Positions 8,305 through 15,877 of a stretch of DNA of 32,000 bases are shown in pieces. Numbering within the stretch: the stretch's first letter is position 1; each line of letters opens with the position of its first letter. Origin of the DNA: Candidatus Methanoperedens sp. (GTDB taxonomy: Archaea; Halobacteriota; Methanosarcinia; Methanosarcinales; Methanoperedenaceae); assembly GCA_027460535.1 (NCBI GenBank), contig JAPZAR010000015.1, forward strand, positions 1-32,000, written 5' to 3'. The notes beneath the pieces were generated by a model, which saw only the letters and a list, made by a program, of their open reading frames with translations, ran no database searches and was not told where the DNA came from. A program made the position numbers and the translations under genes.

Positions 8305-10335
8305 ATGACACCGCGAAAAAAGACTCTGATCCTAATAGGTGTCACGATTATTGGCCTGATCGCGGTACTGTACGCAACCTCGGAAATTATCCTTATGGGA
8401 GGTTTTGCGGATCTTGAGCAGCAGAATACCATCAAGAATGTCCAGCGGGCAAATGAGGCCTTATCTGACGACATCAACCAATTGAAAACAAGTACCCGTG
8501 ATTGGGCATGGTGGGATGATACATATACCTTCATCCAGGACAACAATACTCAATATATCGAATCAAATCCCACTGATACGTCTTTTATTGGTCTTAGACT
8601 GAACCTTATCGTTTTTGTGAACTCCTCCGGTAAGATAGTCTTCAGTAAGGGATTTGACCTCGAGAACAACACGGAAACATCCATTCCTGAAAGCTTCCCG
8701 GAATTGCTTACCGCCGATAGCCTCCTCTTGCAGCATGCTGATACTCAAAGCAATGTAACCGGGATACTTCTTCTCCCGCAGGGGCCTATGCTAATAGCTG
8801 CACTACCTATCCTGACCGGCAAGGAGGAAGGGCCTATCCGGGGAACCCTGATCTTTGGGCGCTACCTGAACGCAGCGGAGATCGAGCGCATAGCACAGAT
8901 AACTCATCAGTATATCACCATACTTCGGTTCGATGATCCCCAGCTTCCTTCAGATTTACTGGAACTTCGCACCTCTTTCTCAGAGGAAACACCCATCTTA
9001 ACTGGGGTTCGGGAGGAGAGTTCGCATACGATATCAGGATACAGCCAGATAAGAGATATCTATGGGAAGCCCGCTTTATTGTTGCGCGTGGATTCTTCGA
9101 GGGCCATTTACGAGCAAGGCCAGACAACTGTTCAGTATTTCCTCGTTTCATTCCTCGCAATAGGACTCCTTTTTGGTGCTGTAATTTTTTCCCTTTCAGA
9201 TAAGCTTGGTCTATCAATGCTGGCGCGACGTGAGAGTGAAGAGCGCTACAAGATTGTAATTCAGGAAGCCTCTGAAGGCATCCTGCTGGTCGACGCGGAA
9301 ACCAAAAGATTCCTGGAAGCAAACGAAGCGCTTCAGAACCTTCTGGGTTACACCTCCCGAGAAATCCTAGGAATGACACTTTACGATATGATACCTCGCG
9401 ACCATGAAACAGTAAACCGTTCTGTAGAAAGTATCAAAAAAGAGAAACATAAATTCCTAGGTGAACAGCGATACACCCGCAAGGACGGCTCGACCGTGGA
9501 CGTTGAGGTCAGCGCCAACCTCATCACTTATGATGGAAAGGAGGTCCTGTGCGTCGTTGTGCACGATATAACTGAGCGCAAGCGCGCTGAAAACATGCGG
9601 CTTGAAAAAGAGCGAATCGTAAGTGCTGACAAAGCAAAATCTGAGTTTCTTGCAGGCATGAGCCATGAGCTTCGCACCCCCTTGAACTCGATCATCGGCT
9701 TTTCAGAACTCCTGAAGCTTCAGAAATTCGGGGAATTGGGCGAGAAACAGGCACATTATGTGGACAATGTTCTCAATAGCAGCAAATTCCTGCTTGAACT
9801 TATCAATGACATTCTTGACCTGTCAAAGATCGAAGCCGGGAAAATTGAGCTTGCCATCGAGAAAGTCTCTGTTCCCGAGACCATTAGCGAGACTCTTGTT
9901 CTTATAAAAGAAAGAGCATCAAAGCACAATATAGTCTTGAAGAAAGAGCTTGACCCGCAACTGGAATTCATAGAAGCAGATGAGAAAAGATTCAAACAGG
10001 TATTCTTCAATCTGCTAAGCAATGCAGTGAAATTCAGCAAGGAAGAAGGGGGAACCGTCACCATAGCGGCGAAAAAAGAAGGGGATATGGCCAGGTTCTC
10101 AGTCTCAGATACAGGCATAGGGATCAGGAAAGAAGATATGGGAAAACTCTTCAACAAATTCCAGCAGATTGATTCAGAAAAATCAAGAAAAGTTGAAGGA
10201 ACAGGACTTGGGCTTGCGATTTCAAAGCAACTGGTTGAGATGCACGGTGGCACAATGACAGTTGAAAGCAAATATGGCGAAGGAACAACATTCACATTTG
10301 TAATCCCGATCGTGGCAAAAAGAAACCCTGATTAA
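8305..10335 (+). CDS. Sensor histidine kinase (TM - CHASE4-like extracellular domain - TM - PAS - HisKA - HATPase_c)
   Basis: 676 aa. Contains the CHASE4-type signature DWAWWDDTY, a PAS domain (ILLVDAETKRFLEANEALQNLLGY..VVVHDITERKRAE), H-box SHELRTPLNSIIGFSELL and G-box GTGLGLAISKQLVEMHGG. Confidence 0.9.
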   Translation: MTPRKKTLILIGVTIIGLIAVLYATSEIILMGGFADLEQQNTIKNVQRANEALSDDINQLKTSTRDWAWWDDTYTFIQDNNTQYIESNPTDTSFIGLRLNLIVFVNSSGKIVFSKGFDLENNTETSIPESFPELLTADSLLLQHADTQSNVTGILLLPQGPMLIAALPILTGKEEGPIRGTLIFGRYLNAAEIERIAQITHQYITILRFDDPQLPSDLLELRTSFSEETPILTGVREESSHTISGYSQIRDIYGKPALLLRVDSSRAIYEQGQTTVQYFLVSFLAIGLLFGAVIFSLSDKLGLSMLARRESEERYKIVIQEASEGILLVDAETKRFLEANEALQNLLGYTSREILGMTLYDMIPRDHETVNRSVESIKKEKHKFLGEQRYTRKDGSTVDVEVSANLITYDGKEVLCVVVHDITERKRAENMRLEKERIVSADKAKSEFLAGMSHELRTPLNSIIGFSELLKLQKFGELGEKQAHYVDNVLNSSKFLLELINDILDLSKIEAGKIELAIEKVSVPETISETLVLIKERASKHNIVLKKELDPQLEFIEADEKRFKQVFFNLLSNAVKFSKEEGGTVTIAAKKEGDMARFSVSDTGIGIRKEDMGKLFNKFQQIDSEKSRKVEGTGLGLAISKQLVEMHGGTMTVESKYGEGTTFTFVIPIVAKRNPD

Positions 10336-10572
10336 GGATATTGACCAAGAGTTTCCACCATCGCCTTTAGAAAAGAAATGATCCTGGCTGAAATGAGAAT
10401 TAAATGCATGTGAAAATGAAGAATACAAAGATCCCAATCCAATTCTTGCCACCCCAATAACTTTAATTGTATTGCGATTACTTCTCATTCAAATTCTTAT
10501 TTCAATTAGAAAAACTATTAATACGGATTAGAATATTTAGAGAATGCCCCAACGGGTTTTATACTTCGGTTC

Positions 10573-10644
10573 GCGCCGGTAGTGTAGCGGTTATCACTGA
10601 GCGTTGCCAACGCTTAAACTCGGGTTCGATTCCCGACCGGCGCA
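10573..10644 (+). tRNA. tRNA-Gly (anticodon GCC)
   Basis: Folded by hand into a 72-nt cloverleaf. Acceptor stem GCGCCGG/CCGGCGC, anticodon stem GAGCG/CGCTT, loop TTGCCAA (GCC at 10606-10608), T arm TCGGG-TTCGATT-CCCGA, discriminator A. CCA is not encoded. Confidence 0.95.
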
Positions 10645-10867
10645 TCTATTGATTCGATTCTTTCAATTTGAGAATCCGAGGAAATTCACCTGGAAGCGTT
10701 ATATGCAGGCCTCGTACGGGGTTTGTGACCGCATCCACGCTCGATACTCCCGGAAGGCGATAGGAGGCCAAAAATATTCTAAATTGGTAGAATACGGGCG
10801 CCATCTTATATGCATTGACCGAAAATTTTATGGTGCAACAAACCCATAATTAATATGGTGAAGAGCT

Positions 10868-11140
10868 ATGAGAGCATATGAAGAAACACTGGACGATATA
10901 GAGAAAACATTGGGAACGGTTCCAGGCTTCATGATGGTTTTCAATCCGGAAAAACTTGTCCGTGACTGGCCTTCATGGAAGAAAGATAGTCTCGGAGAGA
11001 TATACTTAGAGAGAGCAAGATACCTCCTAAGCACGGATAAAATTGTGGAAGAAATGCTGAGCGGAACCCAGGATAATGTTGTACTCACGCCCATAAAACC
11101 CCTTGCAGCCGCGGAGGCAACGCAAGAAGAAAGCGCCTAA
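10868..11140 (+). CDS. Short hypothetical protein with a carboxymuconolactone-decarboxylase/AhpD-like N-terminal motif
   Basis: 90 aa. TLGTVPGFM resembles the start of CMD-family proteins, but the CxxC/His active-site region is absent. It may be degenerate. Confidence 0.4.
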   Translation: MRAYEETLDDIEKTLGTVPGFMMVFNPEKLVRDWPSWKKDSLGEIYLERARYLLSTDKIVEEMLSGTQDNVVLTPIKPLAAAEATQEESA

Positions 11141-11216
11141 TGTTGTATTCGCACCAGTGACACAATTAGAATTGAAATCCGAAGGCCTCGAGTCTGAACT
11201 TTAGAGTTTTACCTTG

Positions 11217-12323
11217 CTACAACCTCACTTTTACCTCATCCACCGGATACCGCAGCGTCACCACCCTGCTTCTCCCGCGAGCTCCCTTCCCCGTGAAATC
11301 TGCATCAATAAGCTTGACAGAATTGAGCTTGTTCAGCATCTCATAGAAACGCGTGTAACCCAGATTCGTTTTGGAATGGAATTTTTCATAAAGCTCGCCT
11401 GAATTCGATTCCGATGAGTCCAGAATCAAGCCAAGAAGGGTCTTCTCGTCTTTTTTCAGCGTCCTCATTATATACGAAAGGTGCACAAGTCGTGATTTCT
11501 CATAAGCTAACTCCACATCAGAAAGTGCTATCGTCCTGCTCGCCCGCTTCTCTGCATTGAAACCGGCACGTTTCAAGAGATCTATCCCCACGCGTAAATC
11601 CCCGAGCTCAAAGGTATGCTCGGTGATCCTCTCCAGAACGCTGTCATCGAGAACATTGGGATAGAACCCGAGCTTCGCGCGGTTTGAGAGGATATCCATT
11701 ATTTCATCCTTTGAATACTGCGGGAACTTTATCTCCTCGGGCAGGAAAACGGATTCGACTTTCTGGTCAAGAATGTGCGGGACCCCTGTATCGCTCAGTA
11801 CAGCGATAACACCCACGCGCGCCCCAGGGTGCGTCTCATGGGCCCGCAGGAGGGAGTAGAGCACTTCATTTACCTCATTCTCATAGAACAGGTAATTCAT
11901 ATCATCAAGCGCAACCACAAGGACCTTCTCTTTTTCTGCGAGATATTTTGCGACCTCGCCAAACACTTTTTTGAAAGAAACACCCGAAGACGGAGGGGCA
12001 TATCCGATAAGTTTTTTAAATATCTGTGAAAAAACCGCATACCGCGTGGAGTTCAATTGGCAGTTCACGAGCACAGGGACTATTTTTGGAGTATGCTTCT
12101 CGATCTCTTCGAAAACCTTAAACACTGCCGTGGTCTTCCCCGTACCCGGCGCGCCTATGCACAGGCAGTTCAGGGGGCGCGAGCCGGAGAGAGCAGGACG
12201 GATGCTATACATCAGCGCCTGTAATTGCGCATCCCTGTGAAGAAAATGCTCCGGTATATGATCAAGCTCGAACAGCTCGCTGTCTTTGAAAAGTGTCTGG
12301 TCCCAGGAGAGAAGGTCTTTCAT
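11217..12323 (-). CDS. cdc6: Orc1/Cdc6 replication initiator
   Basis: 368 aa. N-terminus HIPEHFLHRDAQLQAL, Walker A GAPGTGKT, Walker B VVALDDMN, and a C-terminal winged helix (GRSRVVTL). Confidence 0.93.
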   Translation of the reverse strand: MKDLLSWDQTLFKDSELFELDHIPEHFLHRDAQLQALMYSIRPALSGSRPLNCLCIGAPGTGKTTAVFKVFEEIEKHTPKIVPVLVNCQLNSTRYAVFSQIFKKLIGYAPPSSGVSFKKVFGEVAKYLAEKEKVLVVALDDMNYLFYENEVNEVLYSLLRAHETHPGARVGVIAVLSDTGVPHILDQKVESVFLPEEIKFPQYSKDEIMDILSNRAKLGFYPNVLDDSVLERITEHTFELGDLRVGIDLLKRAGFNAEKRASRTIALSDVELAYEKSRLVHLSYIMRTLKKDEKTLLGLILDSSESNSGELYEKFHSKTNLGYTRFYEMLNKLNSVKLIDADFTGKGARGRSRVVTLRYPVDEVKVRL

Positions 12324-12577
12324 CTGGGTAATACTTTCACCTAGCTGTAAATAAACTTTCCGAGGACATCATGTAACTTTATTACCGTCATTAATCCTTA
12401 ATGTGGACAGACGCACTGTTCTCGGCCGTACATTCTATCAGTGATATTCCTGAACACGGCAAATCTGCGTTCATCCAGTTTCGGATCTTGACTATAGGAA
12501 AAAAACAAGAGCTCTTGGTAAAAAGCAGGCATATTTTGCCTAAAGATTTAAATCATATCAATGCATGCTTAACGGCA

Positions 12578-12895
12578 ATGCCAAAAACGGAAAAACACAT
12601 TTATTCAGAAACGGCAGCAGTCCAGGATCTTTATACCCACAAGATTGTGCGCTTATCCCCTTCGGTGAAACTCGTTTTCAAAGTGCTGGAGTATAAGGGA
12701 TTACTCACGCAGAAGGAACTCGTGGCAGAGAGTTATCTTCCCCCGCGCACGGTGCGGTATGCACTGAGCAGGCTGAAAAAAGAAGGCATACTTGAGGAGA
12801 GGCTCTATTACAAAGATGCACGCCAGAGCCTGTATGGGGTGAAAAGCCCTGCTCCCGATGAACGCATATCCAACTTTGCATGCGGTATAGTATAG
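12578..12895 (+). CDS. Small winged-helix (MarR/TrmB-like) transcription regulator
   Basis: The recognisable wHTH (VKLVFKVLEYKGLLTQKELVAESYLPPRTVRYALSRLKKEGILEE) lies in the C-terminal 105 aa. I chose ATG 12578. The track ORF starts at ATG 12401, but that 59-aa extension looks non-homologous. Confidence 0.6.
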   Translation: MPKTEKHIYSETAAVQDLYTHKIVRLSPSVKLVFKVLEYKGLLTQKELVAESYLPPRTVRYALSRLKKEGILEERLYYKDARQSLYGVKSPAPDERISNFACGIV

Positions 12896-12926
12896 TTTTA
12901 TATGTTTTCAGCTATATTTTTGAGGC

Positions 12927-13541
12927 ATGGATAGAACCAATACCAGGGAGATAGTTCACCTGGTGGCTTCTTTAATAGTCCTCACGATAGCGTTCACCTA
13001 TCCCAGCCTGAGCCCTGACAGGATGTCCATAGTGGCCATAGCCGTAGGAACAGGATTCCTTCTCCACGAACTCGCCCACAAATTCACTGCCCAGAGACAC
13101 GGGTATGTGGCCGATTATGAGGCAAGTCCAACGGGACTAGTACTTGCCCTTGGTCTTTCCGTTCTCACAGGAGGAGGCTTCGTGTTCGCAGCACCGGGGG
13201 CAGTTATGATCCGTGGCAAGAAGGTCTATAGTTCTTTTGAATCACCGTACTGGGACTCGGCTCAAACAGCGAAGGAGTTCGCATACATCTCCATGTCCGG
13301 TGCTATCGTAAATCTGATACTGGCTTTCTCATTTTTAGCAGGAACTTTTTTCGTAACGCATTCAGGGCTGACATACGAGATCCTGGCCACCGGCGCACGC
13401 ATCAATGCTTTCCTTGCCGCGTTCAACATGATCCCATTCGGACCGCTGGATGGGGCAAAAGTGTGGCGATACAACCGCATGCTCTGGGCAATGGTAGAAA
13501 TCCCCGCGATTGTTTTGTTTATTGCTTTCGGCACATTATAG
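12927..13541 (+). CDS. M50-family (site-2-protease-like) membrane zinc metalloprotease
   Basis: 204 aa, multi-TM. Contains HELAHKF (HExxH) and NMIPFGPLDGAKV (the NxxPxxxLDG motif of peptidase M50). Confidence 0.8.
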   Translation: MDRTNTREIVHLVASLIVLTIAFTYPSLSPDRMSIVAIAVGTGFLLHELAHKFTAQRHGYVADYEASPTGLVLALGLSVLTGGGFVFAAPGAVMIRGKKVYSSFESPYWDSAQTAKEFAYISMSGAIVNLILAFSFLAGTFFVTHSGLTYEILATGARINAFLAAFNMIPFGPLDGAKVWRYNRMLWAMVEIPAIVLFIAFGTL

Positions 13542-13587
13542 ACGTACATTTGTTTTATTATCCATTAAAAGAAATTATACGTGAGCC

Positions 13588-14334
13588 ATGAGATTCAAGA
13601 TCAAGAGGTCGGACGGGCAAAATTCAAGGTTCGATTCCTTTGACGTCAAGGTAAAGCCGCACATGTCAGTACTTGAGGCGCTTTTCCAGATACAGGAAGA
13701 GCAGGACAGCTCGCTCTCGTTCAGGTATTCGTGCAGGGGTGCGGTGTGCGGCTCGTGCGCCATGCTCATCAACAAGAAACAGAGGCTTGCCTGCCGAACA
13801 CAGGTTTCCGAGATCGCAGGTGAGCGTGTGATAAGCCCGGCGGCATACGGCCCCATTGCAAAACCCCTGATAAAGACAGGGGATGATATTCTCATTGAGC
13901 CACTTCCTAACCTGCCTGTCATCAAGGACCTGATAGTGGATTGGGAGCCTTTCTTCAAACATTATAGAGAAATACAGCCATGGTTCACAGGCTCTGCTGA
14001 AGCAATGATGTCCCAGGAAGATGTCAAAAAAATTGACAAATATGCTGCATGCATCCAGTGCTGTATCTGCTACGGGGCATGTCCGGTGGCTTCGCGGGAC
14101 AAAGATTATCTCGGACCTGCTGCACTTGCGAAAGCCTGGAGGTTCTACGCAGACGTCCGCAACAGGGATGCTGAAAAGATACTGGATAGAGTGGACAAAA
14201 AAAATGGCGTCTGGGAATGTGATGAGGTTTACCGCTGCGTGGAAGTCTGCCCCAAACAGGTTCCTCCCACCAACGCCATCACGGGCTTCATGAGGCAAAT
14301 AATTATTCATAGACTAAAAACAATATTCAGGTAA
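13588..14334 (+). CDS. sdhB: Succinate dehydrogenase / fumarate reductase iron-sulfur subunit
   Basis: 248 aa. 2Fe-2S motif CRGAVCGSCAMLINKKQRLAC, 4Fe-4S motif CIQCCICYGACP, and a third cluster CDEVYRCVEVCPK. Confidence 0.88.
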   Translation: MRFKIKRSDGQNSRFDSFDVKVKPHMSVLEALFQIQEEQDSSLSFRYSCRGAVCGSCAMLINKKQRLACRTQVSEIAGERVISPAAYGPIAKPLIKTGDDILIEPLPNLPVIKDLIVDWEPFFKHYREIQPWFTGSAEAMMSQEDVKKIDKYAACIQCCICYGACPVASRDKDYLGPAALAKAWRFYADVRNRDAEKILDRVDKKNGVWECDEVYRCVEVCPKQVPPTNAITGFMRQIIIHRLKTIFR

Positions 14335-14336
14335 CC

Positions 14337-14675
14337 ATGGAGAAGGAAAGAGCTTACGGGACCGGTATGTGGGCATGGCTGCTCCAGCGCATCACGGGTT
14401 TCCTGCTGGTATTTTATCTGTTCATCCATGTGTGGTGGGTGCATTTCGCAGGAGTAAAGACACCATTTGATTTTATAATTAATACGCTTTTCCTGCCGGG
14501 AAAGAGCGCTATCGTGATCTTACTTCTGCTCGTGGTCCCTCATGCGCTGAACGGCTTTAGGGTTTTCGTGATCGATTTCGGAATAAAAGAGAAAACTCAG
14601 AAGATATTGTTCTGGGCGCTTATGGCTCTAGGCATCATCGTCATAATCCTGTCCTATTACAGCCGTTTCTATTAA
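14337..14675 (+). CDS. sdhC: Succinate dehydrogenase / fumarate reductase membrane (cytochrome b-type) subunit
   Basis: 112 aa with 3 predicted TM helices. SdhC-like N-terminus (WAWLLQRITGFLLVFYLFIHVW) and a conserved His (PHALNGFR). Starts 2 nt after sdhB. Confidence 0.7.
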   Translation: MEKERAYGTGMWAWLLQRITGFLLVFYLFIHVWWVHFAGVKTPFDFIINTLFLPGKSAIVILLLLVVPHALNGFRVFVIDFGIKEKTQKILFWALMALGIIVIILSYYSRFY

Positions 14676-14744
14676 AAAATATTTTATCATGTATAGCATC
14701 ATATTGAGCTAAATATATATCCCCTGAAAACATTATTTGGAGCA

Positions 14745-15815
14745 ATGCCAAACACTCAACTCACGGACGGCGTATCTGTTTTAATCAAACACAAGTGGAA
14801 GATCGTCCTGGCAGTAATTATTCTTCTGGTAGCTGCCATGTTCGTGAATATCATATTCCCGCTCCTTGACGGTATAATTATGGGCGTAGTGCTCGCATAC
14901 GTTGCAAGGCCGCTGAAAAACTTTTTTGACAGGTACACTCCAGGAATATCTCCCTACCTCGCCACGGCTGCCATCGTCGTCCCGATTTTCCTGATAATCG
15001 GCCTGGGTATTATCGAGATTTTCAATCTGATACTCTGGGCAATCAAAAACCAGGATTATGTGGTCGGGGTGCTGCTCAGGTTTGTTGATAGGCTGGACCT
15101 TCCGGAATTCGCGCGTAATAAGATGGATGACATCATATCGAATTTTACAGACTATCTTCTGCCGTTTATAAAGCAGCTGCCTGTAGGCCAGATTGTGAAG
15201 TCTCTTGCGATCATTATCCTGAATATCCTGATCGCCATAATCCTGTGTTTCTATTTGCTCGTGGACGGCGGACGTCTTGTTGATAGGATGCTGGATATAA
15301 TCCCCGACGAGATAGAGGGCTTCATGCGAAAATTCTTGAAGCACTTTGACGGCATTCTTTCCGCGCTGTTCATAGGGAATATCTACAGTGCGATCGCCGT
15401 GGGGATTTTGTCATTGATCGTTTTCTGGGCTTTCGGTTTCCCGAATGTACTGGCGCTTTCAGCCCTTATGCTAGTCGCCGCTATCGTTCCGTTCTTCGCG
15501 GGATGGATGGTGATCATTCCACTTGGTATTTACAGGTACTTTGAAATGGGGACGCAAAGTGCAGCAATATTTCTGACAGTCTCTCTCCTGATCCTGATAA
15601 TCCCGCCTGAACTTTTAATAAGGCCTTATATCATCAAAACCCGCTCGAACATACATCCGATGCTGATAATCATCGCATTCCTTGGAGGCGGGCTGGTCGG
15701 AGGGATTGCGGGTTTCTTCATCGCGCCCATACTGCTCGGGGCAATAGTCTCGGCATACAGGGCGAACGAAGAACTCCGTAGGGAAGCATTAAAGCAAGCT
15801 GGACGATCAAGCTAA
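14745..15815 (+). CDS. AI-2E/PerM (UPF0118) family transporter
   Basis: 356 aa, polytopic membrane protein. Its length and topology are typical of the AI-2E family, including the central loop (DRMLDIIPDE..) and the C-terminal GGxxG helix. Confidence 0.75.
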   Translation: MPNTQLTDGVSVLIKHKWKIVLAVIILLVAAMFVNIIFPLLDGIIMGVVLAYVARPLKNFFDRYTPGISPYLATAAIVVPIFLIIGLGIIEIFNLILWAIKNQDYVVGVLLRFVDRLDLPEFARNKMDDIISNFTDYLLPFIKQLPVGQIVKSLAIIILNILIAIILCFYLLVDGGRLVDRMLDIIPDEIEGFMRKFLKHFDGILSALFIGNIYSAIAVGILSLIVFWAFGFPNVLALSALMLVAAIVPFFAGWMVIIPLGIYRYFEMGTQSAAIFLTVSLLILIIPPELLIRPYIIKTRSNIHPMLIIIAFLGGGLVGGIAGFFIAPILLGAIVSAYRANEELRREALKQAGRSS

Positions 15816-15877
15816 TATCTGATGAAGGTAACAGAATAAAATCAAACCCGAGAGGATCTGTATTCAGGCTGGACTTG

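Noticed and set aside
10467-10849. Two plus-strand ORFs (61 aa and 81 aa) spanning the tRNA-Gly gene
   Set aside because: They read through a canonical tRNA cloverleaf. One starts at a TTG inside the anticodon loop.
13666-14310. 214-aa minus-strand ORF opposite sdhB
   Set aside because: The sdhB frame carries all three Fe-S cluster motifs. The antisense frame has no recognisable features.
14781-15344. 187-aa minus-strand ORF opposite the PerM-type transporter gene
   Set aside because: It is antisense to a coherent polytopic membrane protein. Its composition is unlike real proteins.
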